Shown one piece after another: positions 34,916-49,532 of a DNA stretch of 64,000 bases. The DNA lies in contig CAJFCJ010000016.1 in NCBI GenBank assembly GCA_904063045.1, positions 558,001 to 622,000 on the forward strand. Direction: 5' to 3'. Position 1 is the first letter of the stretch. The number at the start of each line of letters is the position of its first letter. A program made the translations under genes and the position numbers. The notes under the pieces are model-generated. The model had not been told where the DNA came from. It saw nothing but the letters and a program-made list of their open reading frames with translations, and made no database searches. The stretch comes from Dimorphilus gyrociliatus. Taxonomy: Eukaryota > Animalia > Annelida.

Positions 34916-35818
34916 ATGGATGAATATGTACCATTAAATAATACTGAATTTAATATAATATTCTCAATTTGTAGCCTCGTTTTAATAATTCCGATAATAT
35001 TTGGCAATTCATTAGTAATTATTGCTATCAAGAAATTTGAACAATTACAAACTGCTGCTGGAGTGTTTGTTGCATCTTTAGCTGTGGCCGATTTGTTAGT
35101 TGGATCGTTTACAATACCATTTTATATTATTGTTCAATATATGAACGTTTCATCAAATTCTATTTCTCTATGTTCAGCCAGTTTCGCAAGTGTTATCCTA
35201 CCAACTGGCGTTTCTCTAGCAAATCTACTATGCTTAGCAATAGATAGATACATGCTAATACGTGATCCATTCCTATACGAGAGATTTAACACTTCGCGGA
35301 AGTATATTGTAATATCAGTAATAATTTGGATTTACGTTGGACTATTTTCATTTAGTTTGTTAAGTTATTTCAATAGCGCTGCAAAATGGGAAGGTATTTG
35401 TAAATTTAGCGTTATTTATCCAACATCATATCTTATGGCTTTACTAATTAAATTGTCAATTGTATTTGTTATCGTTACATATTGTTATATCAAAATCTTT
35501 CAAATATCTAATCGACAACATCGTCGTATTGCAATAATGGACGTGTCCTGTATGAGTAGCACAACGAAACATAATTTGAAAGCTGCTAAAGTCTTTGCAA
35601 GAATAATTGGCATTTTTTACCTATGCTGGTTGCCTTATTTAGCTTTTACTGGTATAAGAGTATTCATATCTCGTGAAACATCTATATTTAGCATGCTATC
35701 TCAATCAACTTTATTACTAAGTTTTATTAATTCTGGTTTAAACGCTGTCATTTATGGAAGAAATAACAAACAATTTAAGGAAGCTTTTCAGAAAATTTTA
35801 AGATTACATAAAAGGTAA
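34916..35818 (+). CDS. Intronless class A (rhodopsin-like) GPCR, adenosine-receptor-like orphan, 300 aa
   Basis: 7 hydrophobic segments; GN (TM1), LAVADLLVG (TM2), AIDRY, W4.50, CWLPY, NAVIY. First ATG at 34916 (the ORF track starts at TTG 34892). Confidence 0.9.
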   Translation: MDEYVPLNNTEFNIIFSICSLVLIIPIIFGNSLVIIAIKKFEQLQTAAGVFVASLAVADLLVGSFTIPFYIIVQYMNVSSNSISLCSASFASVILPTGVSLANLLCLAIDRYMLIRDPFLYERFNTSRKYIVISVIIWIYVGLFSFSLLSYFNSAAKWEGICKFSVIYPTSYLMALLIKLSIVFVIVTYCYIKIFQISNRQHRRIAIMDVSCMSSTTKHNLKAAKVFARIIGIFYLCWLPYLAFTGIRVFISRETSIFSMLSQSTLLLSFINSGLNAVIYGRNNKQFKEAFQKILRLHKR

Positions 35819-37916
35819 AGAATGAGAATAGAAGAAGAAAATCAATGATACTCCTCAACTACTTGATTGTTCAATTGTATTTAAGTTCTGTAGTGTATAG
35901 ATTTATTTTTTCATTCTTTCTTTAGTTCTCTTTCCTTCCCCCCTCTTCTTCCCTTCCTTCTTTTAACTTTTTTGTTCGAAAAATTTCTTCCTTAACGACT
36001 ATTATTTATCAAGAAAGTTCGGAAATGAAGAAAGCTTAATGGATATCAATTGCCTACTTTACTTTAATTAATACAAAAAAAATCGATGTTTCTGAATTTC
36101 TCTTTTCACTTATTCTCTTGTTTTATTCCTCTCCCCCTTTTCTCTTTGTAGGATAAACAAATTTGTTTAATTCTATACATTTTAAATATAATGATAGAAA
36201 GTGTAAATAATACTATGGAGAAACCAACCGAAAGTTTAGACTAGATAAACAATTTGAAGTTGATCAATGATTGATAAGAAGAGGGTGATAGGAACAGCGC
36301 ATAAATAGATGTCACTGTCCACCTCTTTCAAATAGGACAATTGATATTCCTTTATTAATTTAAAAAGTGCCATTTATGGAAATTATTCTGTAATAACCCA
36401 TTTACATATGTTATTAGTTAATGACTGGAATCTTAGTTCACCTTAGGCTTTAAAAGGAAACACAGCTGGTCTTTGTAAACCTCGTTATGCCGCCTACGAA
36501 GGTCTAGGCATTTTCATTTCCCATTGGGAAGCTCTCATTTCTGGTGAACCCTTCCCTAGACTTTTCCAAAAACATCAATGTCAATGTACACAAAGACTGT
36601 GTAGCAATACCGTTTGAACTACCCAGGAGAAATCTGACTGGAATGAACTACACGACAGGAAAAATAAGAGTTTTAACAGTTTAATGCAGGAAAGATAGTA
36701 CAAAAGGATAAGAGATAGTTCAGAATAATTCTTTCGAAACCATTGATATATATTCTTTTTTTTATAAGAAAACCTAATTAAGATTAAAGTTTTACTTTAT
36801 TTTTACCAAAGAAAAATGACTTGGCGAAAGATAAAGAGCAAGTATAATTGGAGTTTAGGACTAGTAGACGGTCTAAAATATCCTTTTGACAATTTACCGG
36901 CAAAGGAGGAAAGAGAAGTAATCGACTCTACTCTCTTGGAAACAATCACCCATATGGTAATTGATTTCTCTCAGAATGAAAATGTTCTACATAAAAGTCA
37001 TAGTTTTCTTATTTTTCATTTTTATGCTTTTATGTTTTCTATTACAAGTTTCGTCTCCTTTTATCTACATCCGTTCAATCCGTCTCTTTTCCCTTTTTAC
37101 TTCTTTTCATCTCACACTTTATATTGTGCCTTGGAACTATTGAAATATTGTATATAATAATATGTCTAGTTCTCAGTAAATACTGAAACTTTTTTTATAG
37201 CACAGCATCACTTCTCTAATACAACGTTCTCTCTATTGGGACTTTTAAAAGATTTATCAAAATAGAATCTTATTTAACTAAACAAGAAAATTATCGAGCT
37301 CTTAGGCCTACATAAATTTTATATGTAAGACTATGTGACGTCATTAATTAATATTTATATTCTGTCCAGTCATTACGTATTAATTAATGTTTCTTTTGTA
37401 GGGATATTTCTCATGATTTTAAAAGTAAGAGATTATTAGGTTTAACTATTACAGTTGGACTTTTATTTTCTTTTGCTTTTTTTAACCAACCATGGGAAAC
37501 TGTATATTAAAATCAAAGGCCAAGGTAAAAGAGTAAGGCATATCAATGATTAATATAAATTAATCTTAACCTTTTTAACTGATTATCAACGGTAGAAGGA
37601 ATACCTTCATATGTTTTTTAAAAAAAATCGTTTAAAAACATTCCTGACAGCTACTAAACTATGTCTTCTGACCTTTTAGCTGAGAATTTCTCCCTCCCAA
37701 AACAACCTGACACCTGCTTCTTTAATTAGTTTAATTGAGTATACGTATAGCCGTAGGTATTTTATGGTGAAAACATATGCTAAATCATCTTCCCGTACTT
37801 TTTCTTTAAACTTCTCTCATTAAAAAATAAATGCGTATGAAAATGAAACGAACGAAATATTGGGAAGGGAAGAGGGAAGTAGAGTGAGTGTGTAAGGGAG
37901 AGAGAGAGAAAGATAG

Positions 37917-37964
<48 letters not shown>

Positions 37965-40318
37965 GTACAGTATACAAAATGAAATCTAAAAAGAGATTGT
38001 TATTATATCTCATTATTCTATTCACGACAAACTTATTGAAAATAAAGTATTTTATTCCAACTAATGAGATTAATTAATTATTAATATTTTCTTAATAAAA
38101 TATCCTAAAATTAACAAGTTCTCTACTTTATTCATATAGTATTGATCTAGTGTGGAACGTGATCATTTCGACTTTTATTTCCCTTCAGGAAATAGTAATC
38201 CTGGAAGTTGGGCGATACCTCATGTTCCATATTTTTTTTATATTGGAGTACGTTATCTTAATTTTCTTTAGTAATCCTTGACTATTTTTTTTACCTCGTT
38301 TTACTCTCTTTTCTTATCTTCTTTCCAGTATTTTACAGAATTGTATTGGTTCAGAAAGATTAAATGAGTAAATAGAAAATGTATAGATTGTTCAAAACTA
38401 CTTTCAAAAGTAATTCATTCAAAAATGTGTAAATTAGATTTTTAGATAGATTGATGTATTTAACATTCAGTTAATTATATGCATTTGAAGGCATTTAGTT
38501 GTTCTTTAAATAGTATTTCATAGTTCTAAGGTTATACACTAGTATTTTTTTGAATAAGTACTATTTATTCTACTTTAAATAAACAATCTAAAGCCGCCAG
38601 GAAATTACTTTTGTAAGAGTTGAAGTTACAACCAAACACAAGTCGATTTATAGTTTGAAAAACAGGATCCCTATTTTCCGCTTCCTTTTAAATCTCTGGA
38701 AATTATATTCTTTACGGATTTGGAACTAAAATAACGTCTATTTTTAGAATACTTAAATAAAATCTCTGTTTAATATATTACATTCAGTTTTTTCTGTGTA
38801 ATTAGTATTAACATTTTTTTTATTGATTAATACTCCCTCTATCGGTCTGAATATTTGAAACTCCTTCAAGAAATCGATATAAGTATGTGCAAAACGGGTA
38901 GTTTTATAAAGTTATATGTTTATCTAAGACAGAGAAAACCAATTAATTAATAAAAATATGTAGAATAGTAAAGAGTAATATTAACATTAATAGGTTAAAC
39001 AACGAAATCAATTGTATATAAAGAAAATAGAACATATATGCATACTTCACTCTGTCAATATTTTTCAACTTTTACGCTTTTCTCATTGTCATCTTTTTGC
39101 CTCTTTAAGATAAAAGATATAAAGGGAGTCTTTTGTCAAGTAGTCTCTTAAATGAAAGTAAAAGAAGAAAGGAGTTTTCTTTAGTAATCCTAATGAATTT
39201 CGTTACCTTTATGGTACTATATAAACAAAAAAAATGAGAATTAAGATATGAATATAGGAAGGAAAAATTCCGAATTTCATTCAGGATATGTTAATATTAA
39301 AATATAGAGAAAGAAAGAAAAAACCGTTGAAAGTCTTGTAATCTTTTAAAAAATACCTTTCCTACAATCTCTGACTCTTGAGCATAAGATCAAAGAGCAG
39401 AGCAAATTTGTTATATGACCCGTGCTAAGAGTAGATTTTTATCCATTAATAATCAAGAGTTAACTCATTCCTATTAATAATGTTTTGGCGTCTTTTTTAA
39501 GTTCCTATTTTGTTATTATTATTATTATTATTATTAAGTCTGTGAAATAGAGTATGTATGTATATTCTTCCATTTTTCACTCTATTTATAGGCAGTAAAA
39601 CAGATGTTTTGTACTATAGAAGGAGAAATAATGCAACTTCTGAACATATATATATATATATAAATATATATATATTAAAGACTAAATAATTGTTAAGACC
39701 AATTTACAATGAATTGTTATTTGTAAACTAATGTAAAATATTCGAGAGTACAATAAGAAAAAGAAAGGAAAAAAAACAATTACAAAGAAATCTAAACATC
39801 TGTTAATTTATCAAAAATTAGATAGACGAACATACACCCATACATATATACATAAAAAAATATATATATATATATATAGATGTATATAGTTTAACTTTAC
39901 ATCCGGTTTATTTAACATTTAAATTTTTCTTTCTACTTCAAAAGTTATTTCCTATTTGTAGATAGAATATCTAATAATTAGATAAAATTCCAAAGTGTTT
40001 CTTCCTTTTTTCTTCAGATTTATCTTTTCTCTCTCTCTTTTTAGAAACAGTATTAAAGAAAGAAAGAAAGAAAAAACACACACACACACACGTATATACG
40101 ATTCGTTTAACTTTAACAGACTATAGGAAATACTTTTGACATCTGTTCATTCCCTTTTAGAAATGTGTTTTTTTTTCAGGATGTAACGATATAAAAAAGG
40201 AAGCTGCGTTTTTCTTTCTAGCAGACAGAATATTAATGTTATTCAACGGTTTTTTAACCAAATTAATTCAAGGAAGATAATTCGTTTAGAGAAAAAAAGG
40301 GAAATTTTAATTGAAAAG

Positions 40319-40822
40319 ATGAAGGTTACCTTAGTTTTTATCCTGGCTTTCATTGCTTATTCTGTGGCTGAAAAGTCTGGTAATTATACGAAAAGAATAT
40401 TAATTTTTTTATTAAGATAATTATTAGAGTTTTAACTAACTGAATAATCAATATTCAAAGTATTATTTTTTAACCAGATTGCTTCCCAAACAATCCTTGC
40501 GAAGTTTTGCAGGGAACCTGCTGCGCTTGCGTAGATGAAGGTTGTTTATGCTGTCCAGAAGCCAATGTACGCTTAATTAATTCTGAAATAAAAGCTTTAT
40601 TAAAGAAATGTATTTTTTAAAGATGCAATGCTGTGAGAGTGGAATTTGTTGCGCAAGTGACAAAAAATGTAGTCCTGACGGTTCTTCCTGCGTAGATTCT
40701 CATGAAGTCAGCTTCCAGGATTTTTTTGTAAGTTATAGAATTCTTTCACTATATAAAAATATTCAAAACACTACTTCAAAGCTTATATTTACTATTCTTA
40801 GAGCAAAGATGTTGCCTATTAA
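40319..40822 (+). CDS. Secreted single-domain granulin-like peptide, 91 aa
   Basis: Exons 40319-40379, 40478-40566, 40623-40727, 40802-40822 (276 nt). Signal peptide followed by C-x5-C-x6-CC-x8-CC-x6-CC-x4-CC-x5-C-x6-C. Confidence 0.75.
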
Positions 40823-41680
40823 AAGGAAATTGATAATAGAAAGAGGGATGAGAAATGTTGGATAAAATCTAAGAATATCCTGAATATATTCTATTAATGT
40901 GTTAATAGAAATACAATTCGTAAAATTGTGGATTCTGTTTTTTATTACCTAAAAAGGCAAACTTGAATTATTTAAAATACAATGATTAAATAATTTATAG
41001 AGAGAAGACTATTTTTGAATATGCCAAATATATATAAATTATAATAAAATACTACTAAATAGTATTCATTTAATCAATTTAAAGAACTAATAAAGTTTTA
41101 TTATAGAACAAATTCTGGTTATTAATTTAATATCAGTATGTGTTTTCTTGTTAATAATTCAGAATATTACTAAAAATATGCCTTACTAAGAATAGAAAGG
41201 TGAAAATGTTCTCTTTATGATTATCATTTAGCTTTTGTATATATTAATATTCATAAATCTAGTTACTTTGTTTTTTGGAGTTTTTCTTTACAATTGTATT
41301 GGGGAAAAAAAAAGAGAAAATGACGTTAATTAGACCGTTTATGTCATTCTTCGTTTTTTCTGATTACAAAATATGCCAATTAGAAGATAAAAGTAACTTT
41401 TAGCTCATTATGACTTTAATATTTACTGTAAATATAACATCATACTTTTTAAAGAGACATCAATAAGTAAATTTTATTGAGTTTTCTTCCAAATTTCTCT
41501 TTCTCTCTCTCTCTCTTCAACCGTGTGTCTGGAACGCTTATAATTAGCAAGAAAAGGTTAGATTTTCGTTCTCCGACAAGTGATTATTACTTATTTCAGT
41601 TAACATCTATATTCTTATCGAATTCTATGATAAAATGATATTTGTTTAATATCTGTGCAAATTTATTTATGTATAATTGA

Positions 41681-41683
<3 letters not shown>

Positions 41684-41736
<53 letters not shown>
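41684..41736. repeat. (TA)n microsatellite (many others, e.g. 770, 955, 8658, 48982, 49498)
   Basis: Direct observation. Confidence 0.95.
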
Positions 41737-41937
41737 TGATATCCAACAATTAGGTATTTATATTTAAAAAGTCTCTTTTATAAGAACCAATAGATGTCGC
41801 TTGACTAGTTCGTTGTATTTACAGGACAAAAAACAAAAACAAGAAAAAATATACATTTTGTATGTAGAAGTTCTTTTTTTCTTAAATAAATACTGTATAT
41901 ATTAATGTCTGTATATATTTATATAATGAAAGCAGTC

Positions 41938-44900
41938 TCAAACAGGCGTTTCGTATCCCATCATCATCGAGGGGGGTGAATCTAACGAAGACGGTCGTTG
42001 ATTTTGATACTTTAAACGTTGTTTTGAGTCTTTTGATAGTGTTGGATCACTACATCTCAATTCAATATTCGTATTTGGGTTATTTGGAATGTTCAAAGCG
42101 GGCATTGAATTAGATCTATCGTCTAGCATAATTTTAGGTACAGGTTGATGATGAGAACTTTTTAAAGGCGTCTTTGGTTCATCCATATCCAAAGATGTTT
42201 TATTACAAAATTTTATACCTCGCCTATGCATTTCTAAGCGGATAAATAATAGACCACACCCAAAAATCACTAGGGACGGCCAGAGCATGGAATGGATAAC
42301 TTCGGAACGAGTGTGCTTCTTGAATAAAATTACCAAATTACCTTCTCCTTCGTTATAGAAGCATTCGAAAAGAGTTTTCTTCTCCATCTTTGTCCTATAA
42401 GGTACTAATTGCTTCTCAACTTCTACTTTATTCTCATCAAAGGTTGATTTGCACGTTTTGTAAGGACACTTGAAAAGAAATAAAGAGAAACAGTAATAAA
42501 TATAATAGTTTTTATAATATTGCAAATATACATTATATATAAATATGCTGTAACCTTAACTACTGCAATAAAAGAAACTGGAATAACTAGGCCTATAAAA
42601 ATCAAGATGTTCTTTTTCTCTCTTTTTTTTTTATTTAAAAAAAAAAGGAGAATTCTAAACACGTTTTTGTAACTGACCTATTGGCATACGATTCGAAATG
42701 TTCTTATAGTTCAATAAAGGAGACTTGTGAGAACGTTTTCCGATCAACTACTTTACTTTACTGCCGTCTTTTACCATACTGTTATATTATATTACTTTTC
42801 TTTTTAAGCGGAAGAAAGCTCACCTTAAAACCGATTAGGAAAGAGAGCGTGCTTGGAATAACTAAATGCGCTAGGGACTTAGACACTATATATCAATTAT
42901 ACTATATAGTTTTTTAATCATTTTTTTCTTATATTAGATTTTACATTATATACATCAAAACTTTTTCCTTTTTTCCAAAATCCATTACTATTATAATTAC
43001 TATAATCATTCTTCTATTGATTTTATATTATATATACAGTATATATATATATATCATATGTGTTTTATTGTTCTAATTTTATAAATTAATTAGGCCTAAT
43101 TTTTTATTTTTTATTTAACAACTGCTATAAAGAATAATATATAAAAGTTTATCTTTCTCACATTTCTAACAAAGTATATATTGAAGAAAATATGCCAAAA
43201 GCATGAGAAACTTATTTTATTTATATTCATCAGTCAAAAAACTTGAGGAATTTTTGACCTGAGTAGTTTATATATATACTGTATATATATCTAAAATATA
43301 TATTATATAACTATATCTACAACTGTCTGAACATCAAATAACTTTATGTAATAATACTCTACATTTCCATCTAATTATAGAAGGATAAAGCTTAGCTAGA
43401 ACGCTTTCTTTTTCTCTTTCTTTTACTTTTAATAAGGAATAGATTTTACTTTGTTATTGTTGTTGTTCTTTTCTCTATGTTTTACAGTTAGTTGTATAGT
43501 ATAGTGTATACAGTTTATATAATGAGCAAATAGCAATGTTTGTATAAATCATCTTTTCCATTTGAAAAGGATTTAATTATAGAGTATCCATCTTTCGTAT
43601 CAATTTCCTATATTTTATTCACTACAATCTATAGTATAATAATAGAGATAGAAAACTTTGCTCTTTTTTGTCGCGTGTTTTTACTTTGTATATAAAGGAT
43701 ATAGGATATATATGAGATGATGCATAGTGTACAGTCGTACTTTCTGTCTCCCTCTCTCTCTCTCTCTCTCTAAAGACGTATACAGTATATATATATATAT
43801 ATACATATAATGTAGAATGCTCAGATTTTAAAAGTATTGACAAGAAAGGGAAAGAGAAAAAAACGTAATTTGATAAGTAAGAAAGAAAATGTGAAGTGGC
43901 CCTATGAAATAAAGGCCCCTCTTTTGTTATAGAACACTCAATTATTTATTGGTTTTTTTTTCTTCTACTTCCTACTTGGGCAACAAGATTTATAGTCGCG
44001 CAGAATGAAAAATTTCGCAATTATTCGATTCCCTGAAGCGAATATAGACCTAAATTGTGGACTCAAGTGTATTCTATATTATATTTTATTTTTGTCAGGC
44101 GCTTTAGTCCGCGTAGATTATTCAATTTCTGTATTTTTTTATTACGTTATATCTTTTGTCACCTAGAAAAAGAAGGGTAAATTTGTTAAATAACTTTTAT
44201 AAAGCGTAATTTATTGGGTTTACGTTCTTAAGATCAAGAGTTCTCAACAGTGAAATTATGTAAGAACCAATTTATTGTATATGGAAGAATCGTCTGCTAA
44301 ACTAAGCGTTAAACGGATGTTTATAAAGTTATCCGGAAATAATGTTTTAGAATTCCTTTGAAAGCAGATCAAACTGCAAATATGAATGATTTTGTTGTGG
44401 AAAATAAAGCAATTCATTTTCCAGCTCCTTTAAGCTCGCTTCGTTGAAAAGTATAGATAATAATCTTATATTGGTGACGTCACATACAAATAAGCTGTTT
44501 ATATCGGTTGTTGTACAATAAAAATAGAATTACAAGCACTAATGATACAACGTCCTATTATAGACAATAAAGAGAGCATGAAAAAATAGTGAAATTTTCA
44601 CGCAATGTTATTTTCCCTTATGTAGGAATAATATGATAAAAAAATCTCTTTTGTTGCCTTTTTAACGCAAGAAATATCATTTATTCGTTAACATAATTTA
44701 GGCCTAATGAGAAAAGAGTGGCTTCCCTCTCCCCCTCCCCCCCCCTCTTCTCATCTCTCCCCTCTCCGTAGAATTTTTCTATCCAACAGAGTTGTGTTGT
44801 TTACCTTCAAACAGTTGGTGCATCTCTTTTTTTAACTTATTATACAAAAGACTTGTACTCTTTTTTTTCACTACTTATCCAATCTTTTCTCTTATTTGAC

Positions 44901-47900
44901 GTAATTTTATTTAAATTATCTTTAATCTCTCTTTCTCTTCATTTCTTCTCTCCCTACCCACTCGTCCTATCTGTTGTTTTTATCTTTCCCTCTTTTTCTT
45001 AACTGACTTACTATCTTGTTTCCTCTTTTCTTGCATATATTAGTGGCTTGGCTATGGTTTACACAAAAGGGTTTTAGAGGCAGGATATTATTCTTTTATA
45101 GTAATATATTACACAATCTACATCCTATATAGATTTCCAATTTACTGAAAGAAACCTTTAATACTTTTCCTCTTTACCTACTGCCCCTTTTCCATCTATT
45201 CTATAGGAAAATACCCACAATTTCGTGTCAAAATTTTGTTAATAAAAGCTATCAACTAGTCTGGAATACAGTGCAGAAAGAGTTGCATTTTTTCTTATCT
45301 TATTCGTAATGTCTTGTTAATATCATATTATTAGTTTAATAGAGAAAAGTATATTGATAGTCTTCTTTTCTTTTTACATTAGAACTTAAAGGTTCATACT
45401 CGTGTTTATTTTTGTTAAAGATGCCTTTAATCTAGAATAGAAAGGAATAAAGAGAAAAGAATCGTGTTGAAACTGGCTTTCTTTAAAAAAAAAAAAACAA
45501 TCTATAGTTATTCAGCCTATTTAAATCCTTCTATTTCTTAGCTTATTTCTTGTTTTTACATCATTCTGTTTTGTCTTATCATTACTATCTTCTTTTCCTA
45601 TTTTTTTGCACTCGACAACTCTTCAATTTACATTGTCTAAATGACTAAATAAATTAAGCATCAGTTTACAAAAGGCAATAAGGCAAACTGTTAACCAATT
45701 CCCAAGGCGTTAAGCCATTACCCTACTGATTTTTTACCTCGCACGTCTACCGAGGTAACGCTATAAGCTTATATTGCCGTTAGGAATATAGATAATAAAT
45801 TTTGAATAGATATAAAATGGCCATTAAATTTCAAAGTCTATATGCATGAAAAACCTTTTAAACAAACTGTCTGTACTTGTATTTTTAATATATTACAAGA
45901 AGAAATTAGTTGACCTGTTATGATAAAATAAAAGTCTCTTTTTTATCATAGACAAAAGAGGTGTCTAAAAGGAGGAGAGCAACAATAGACTAATTCTCAG
46001 AAGAGTGATTTCATAACTTGCAACCGCTTCCGTCGACCTCCCCAAAGCGCAATTTATAGAAAAAAATCTAGCGAAAAAAACGCGAGATTATTCGATTTCC
46101 GGCTGCAAATACCCCGTAAAGAGACGATTTTATGCGCGACGGCGTAAGGCGGTCAAATTTACGGCCAACCTTTTTATAGTTTGGCGGTAAGAAGGGAAGA
46201 TATAGAATAGAAAAAAATACAAAAACTGTAGAAGACAGATAGATAGGAAGAAAAGAGAGAGAAATAGAAGCGGACAGGAAAGGGTGGGGAAGAAGAGTCA
46301 TGAGAAAGGCGGGCGGGAGGGAGGGGGGGAAAGGGGAGGGAAGATGAAATGAGACTGAGAATTGAAGTAAGAATGCAAAAGAGAGAGAACGATCCATGAC
46401 ATTGCATAGATTTATTATATCTCTATATATAAAGAGGTATTCTATTTATGCAGGATATTCGTATGTATAGTATATAATATATTCTGTACATATTCACCAT
46501 AATGAAAGTATAAAGAGATGGGAATATCTATACTGTGCATGAATTAAATGAACTGATTAATTGCTAAATCTAATATATTCAGAGATTTATATTTGGGGAC
46601 GTAGAAAGGAATAGCGCAAAGAAGAAAGTTTAGACGAAAAAAATTAATTATAGACGGCTTGGTATCGATTTATTGGCGTTGACTTGTATAGGCCTAATCG
46701 AATACAAAAGAATAAATCCAACACTAACCTGATTCTGAACGCCCGCCGCTTCTAGACTATCCGAATAAAGGGTGCCGCTTCTTTCCACCTGATTTTTTGA
46801 ATATTTAACGCCTATCGTATAGCAAGGAAATCTAACATCTTTGCAGGCATTTTTCTCTTTCTCTTGCTCCTTTTTACGATCGCAATAGCTGCAAAAGAAT
46901 AGAATTAAAAATATTATAAAGTTAAATAGTATGAGAATAAAAAGAATAAAGAAATAAAATAAATGAAAGAAAAAGGAATAAGCCAGTTAGGGTCCCGTAA
47001 ACGGCGTTACTCATAAATATTATTGATTGATTCGTCGCCATTTTTATAGTGAAAATTACAGTCGTATAAATATTTATTACAACTTTTTTCGTAAAGATTT
47101 ATAACGAAATTGTATTCTAAATAAAACGGTTGAATATTATCTGTTGTTCTATGCCTTTACATTAAAGGAATATATATATATATACCATATGAATTTAGCC
47201 TATAATTTTATGATAAACTTTTAGGTATAGTTAACTATGTAAAAATATAGATACACAAGATATTAGATGATATTCTAAATTCCATCGTTTTTCCATCATT
47301 TGTAAAACTTATTAAGCGTTTACATCCCATTTTTATTTATAGCTACAAAAAAAGGGTCAAGTTTAGGGACAATAAGGTTCATCGTCTTTAATATTTTTTC
47401 ACTTTTCTTATATAAGTCTTAGGGCGTTTCTTTCAAATTGTATGATAGAAGTTGATTATCAGAGGAAAGGATGAAAAACAACTGGATAGAAACCGGTGTA
47501 AAAGATTAATGACAACTTTCCCATTCGCAGTACATCTAAGTCTCTAGAAAACGCCCAAGGGAATTCAAATTAATAGACAGAAAATAAGGCGTGTGATTTG
47601 TAAACAATTGCCGGGTGTTTATATGTATCTGTTTGTTATTTTCTTAATAGTTTATTGAAAGAAAATTCCAATAGAAAATAATATTAAAAATGATATTATC
47701 TGAAACTTTTAGTCTTTTTTTCCTTCCTTTTTTTAAAACTAGACTATAAAAAAGAAATAAACGAAAATGAACAGAATCAACAAAAAAAAAGGATTTTAGT
47801 CTTTCAAGTTCCTCTTTCCTTTTCTTTATAAGCTCAGAGATGTCACAAAACAGCATTTACTTATACTTTTGACTATAATTTTAAAGAAAGAGATGTATAT

Positions 47901-48254
47901 TGTATATATATTTATAGGTCTATTATATGCAGTACATGAATAATATAATTTAAACGAAAACAATTACAGTATTTGTAGTTAAGGGGGAAGGAAAGGGACT
48001 TCAAGTGATAACTAAAATTGTATATAATCGTAAATTAATAGGCCCGACGGAAATATTTTGTCTTTTCTAAAAGAAAATTATACTTAAGCTTGCAATATAA
48101 AATATTTTAGTAAAAGAAAGTACCTATATAACGACTAAGAATTGATCGGAGTGGCGGAAAATAAGACAGCTTCAAGATTAAACACTTAGCATACTATCAT
48201 TTCCCTTATCATGATAGGGATAATTATTAAATTATTAAAGGCTTTTCTCCACCC

Positions 48255-48309
<55 letters not shown>

Positions 48310-49464
48310 TAAATACACTCTTTTCTTGTTATTCCGTGTAACATATAGACAAACAGATTTATCTATAAATACCCTAGTCCCTCTCTCTTTCTTTTCCTTT
48401 TTCTATCTCTCTTTTAGGTTGTGTCTTATTTCCTTTCATAATAAGAAAATTCACTTAGATTATTAGATAAACACGTAGCATAATAAAATAAATATTGGTT
48501 GAGGAATCAACTAGATTAGTGATTGTTATTAATAAATAGGTTTATAATTTCCTGCTTGAAAATGTTGATGACAATATATTTCGACTTTTTAACCTTATAT
48601 ACGACAGGAATTAGTTCTTGTTGAACTTGTTAATTATGTTTTCGCCTCTATACTATTTGCTCAATGACCGGCTGAGAGATTATTTGCACACAATCCAAAG
48701 CCAACTATCCAACGTATTAAACACTTAGCACCGCTATTTCTTCATTTTCTTTCGATGGACAATATAAGAGAATAAGGGTAATGATGACTAGGAGGTTGAC
48801 AATACTAGTGAAAAGTTTTATATACAACTAAATAAAAAAGATAGACGTTTCGACGGTCAAAGAGCAAATATTTGATTAAAAACTTGTACAGAATCCATAT
48901 TAGAGAGTATTGTTTGTAGTAAAAGAAGATTATAACAGTGTTGGAGATAGAACGGATGAAAAGATTGCTTAACATATACAGTATATATATATATATATAT
49001 ATATATATGATATTATATAGTATTACATATTGTATTATTTATGCTTAGACTTTACATCTTTCTAACGACATGATTGTTGATAAAAAGTTTTCTTTTTACC
49101 ATGATTAACCTAGATGATATTTTACACTTTCAATCATTTTAACTCTAATTCAACTTCAACTTTGATTATTGAAATTATATGCATTATAAGTCTATTTTTA
49201 GTAAGGAACAAATTTTTTTTAAAAGAATCTACAAGCGATTGTCACCTAATAGAAATAACGTTTATGAAAAAAATTTCCCCCTTATTTCGCGTATGATTTG
49301 AGACGAAACGGCTGTTATAAAAATCTGAAAAATAAAGCCTAAGGCGTATAGGGTTAAATGCACAATCTCCAGTGTGGTTCCTGTTAAATTTCGCGGAAAA
49401 CTTCTTTAAATTGCGTATAAAATCGATTCAGAAACTGACATTTCTGCAATTATTCTATTTATTT

Positions 49465-49532
<68 letters not shown>

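Noticed and set aside
36465-36660. GC-richer block that might be coding or a structured RNA
   Set aside because: Longest frame is about 50 codons with no recognisable motif, and no convincing RNA family features.
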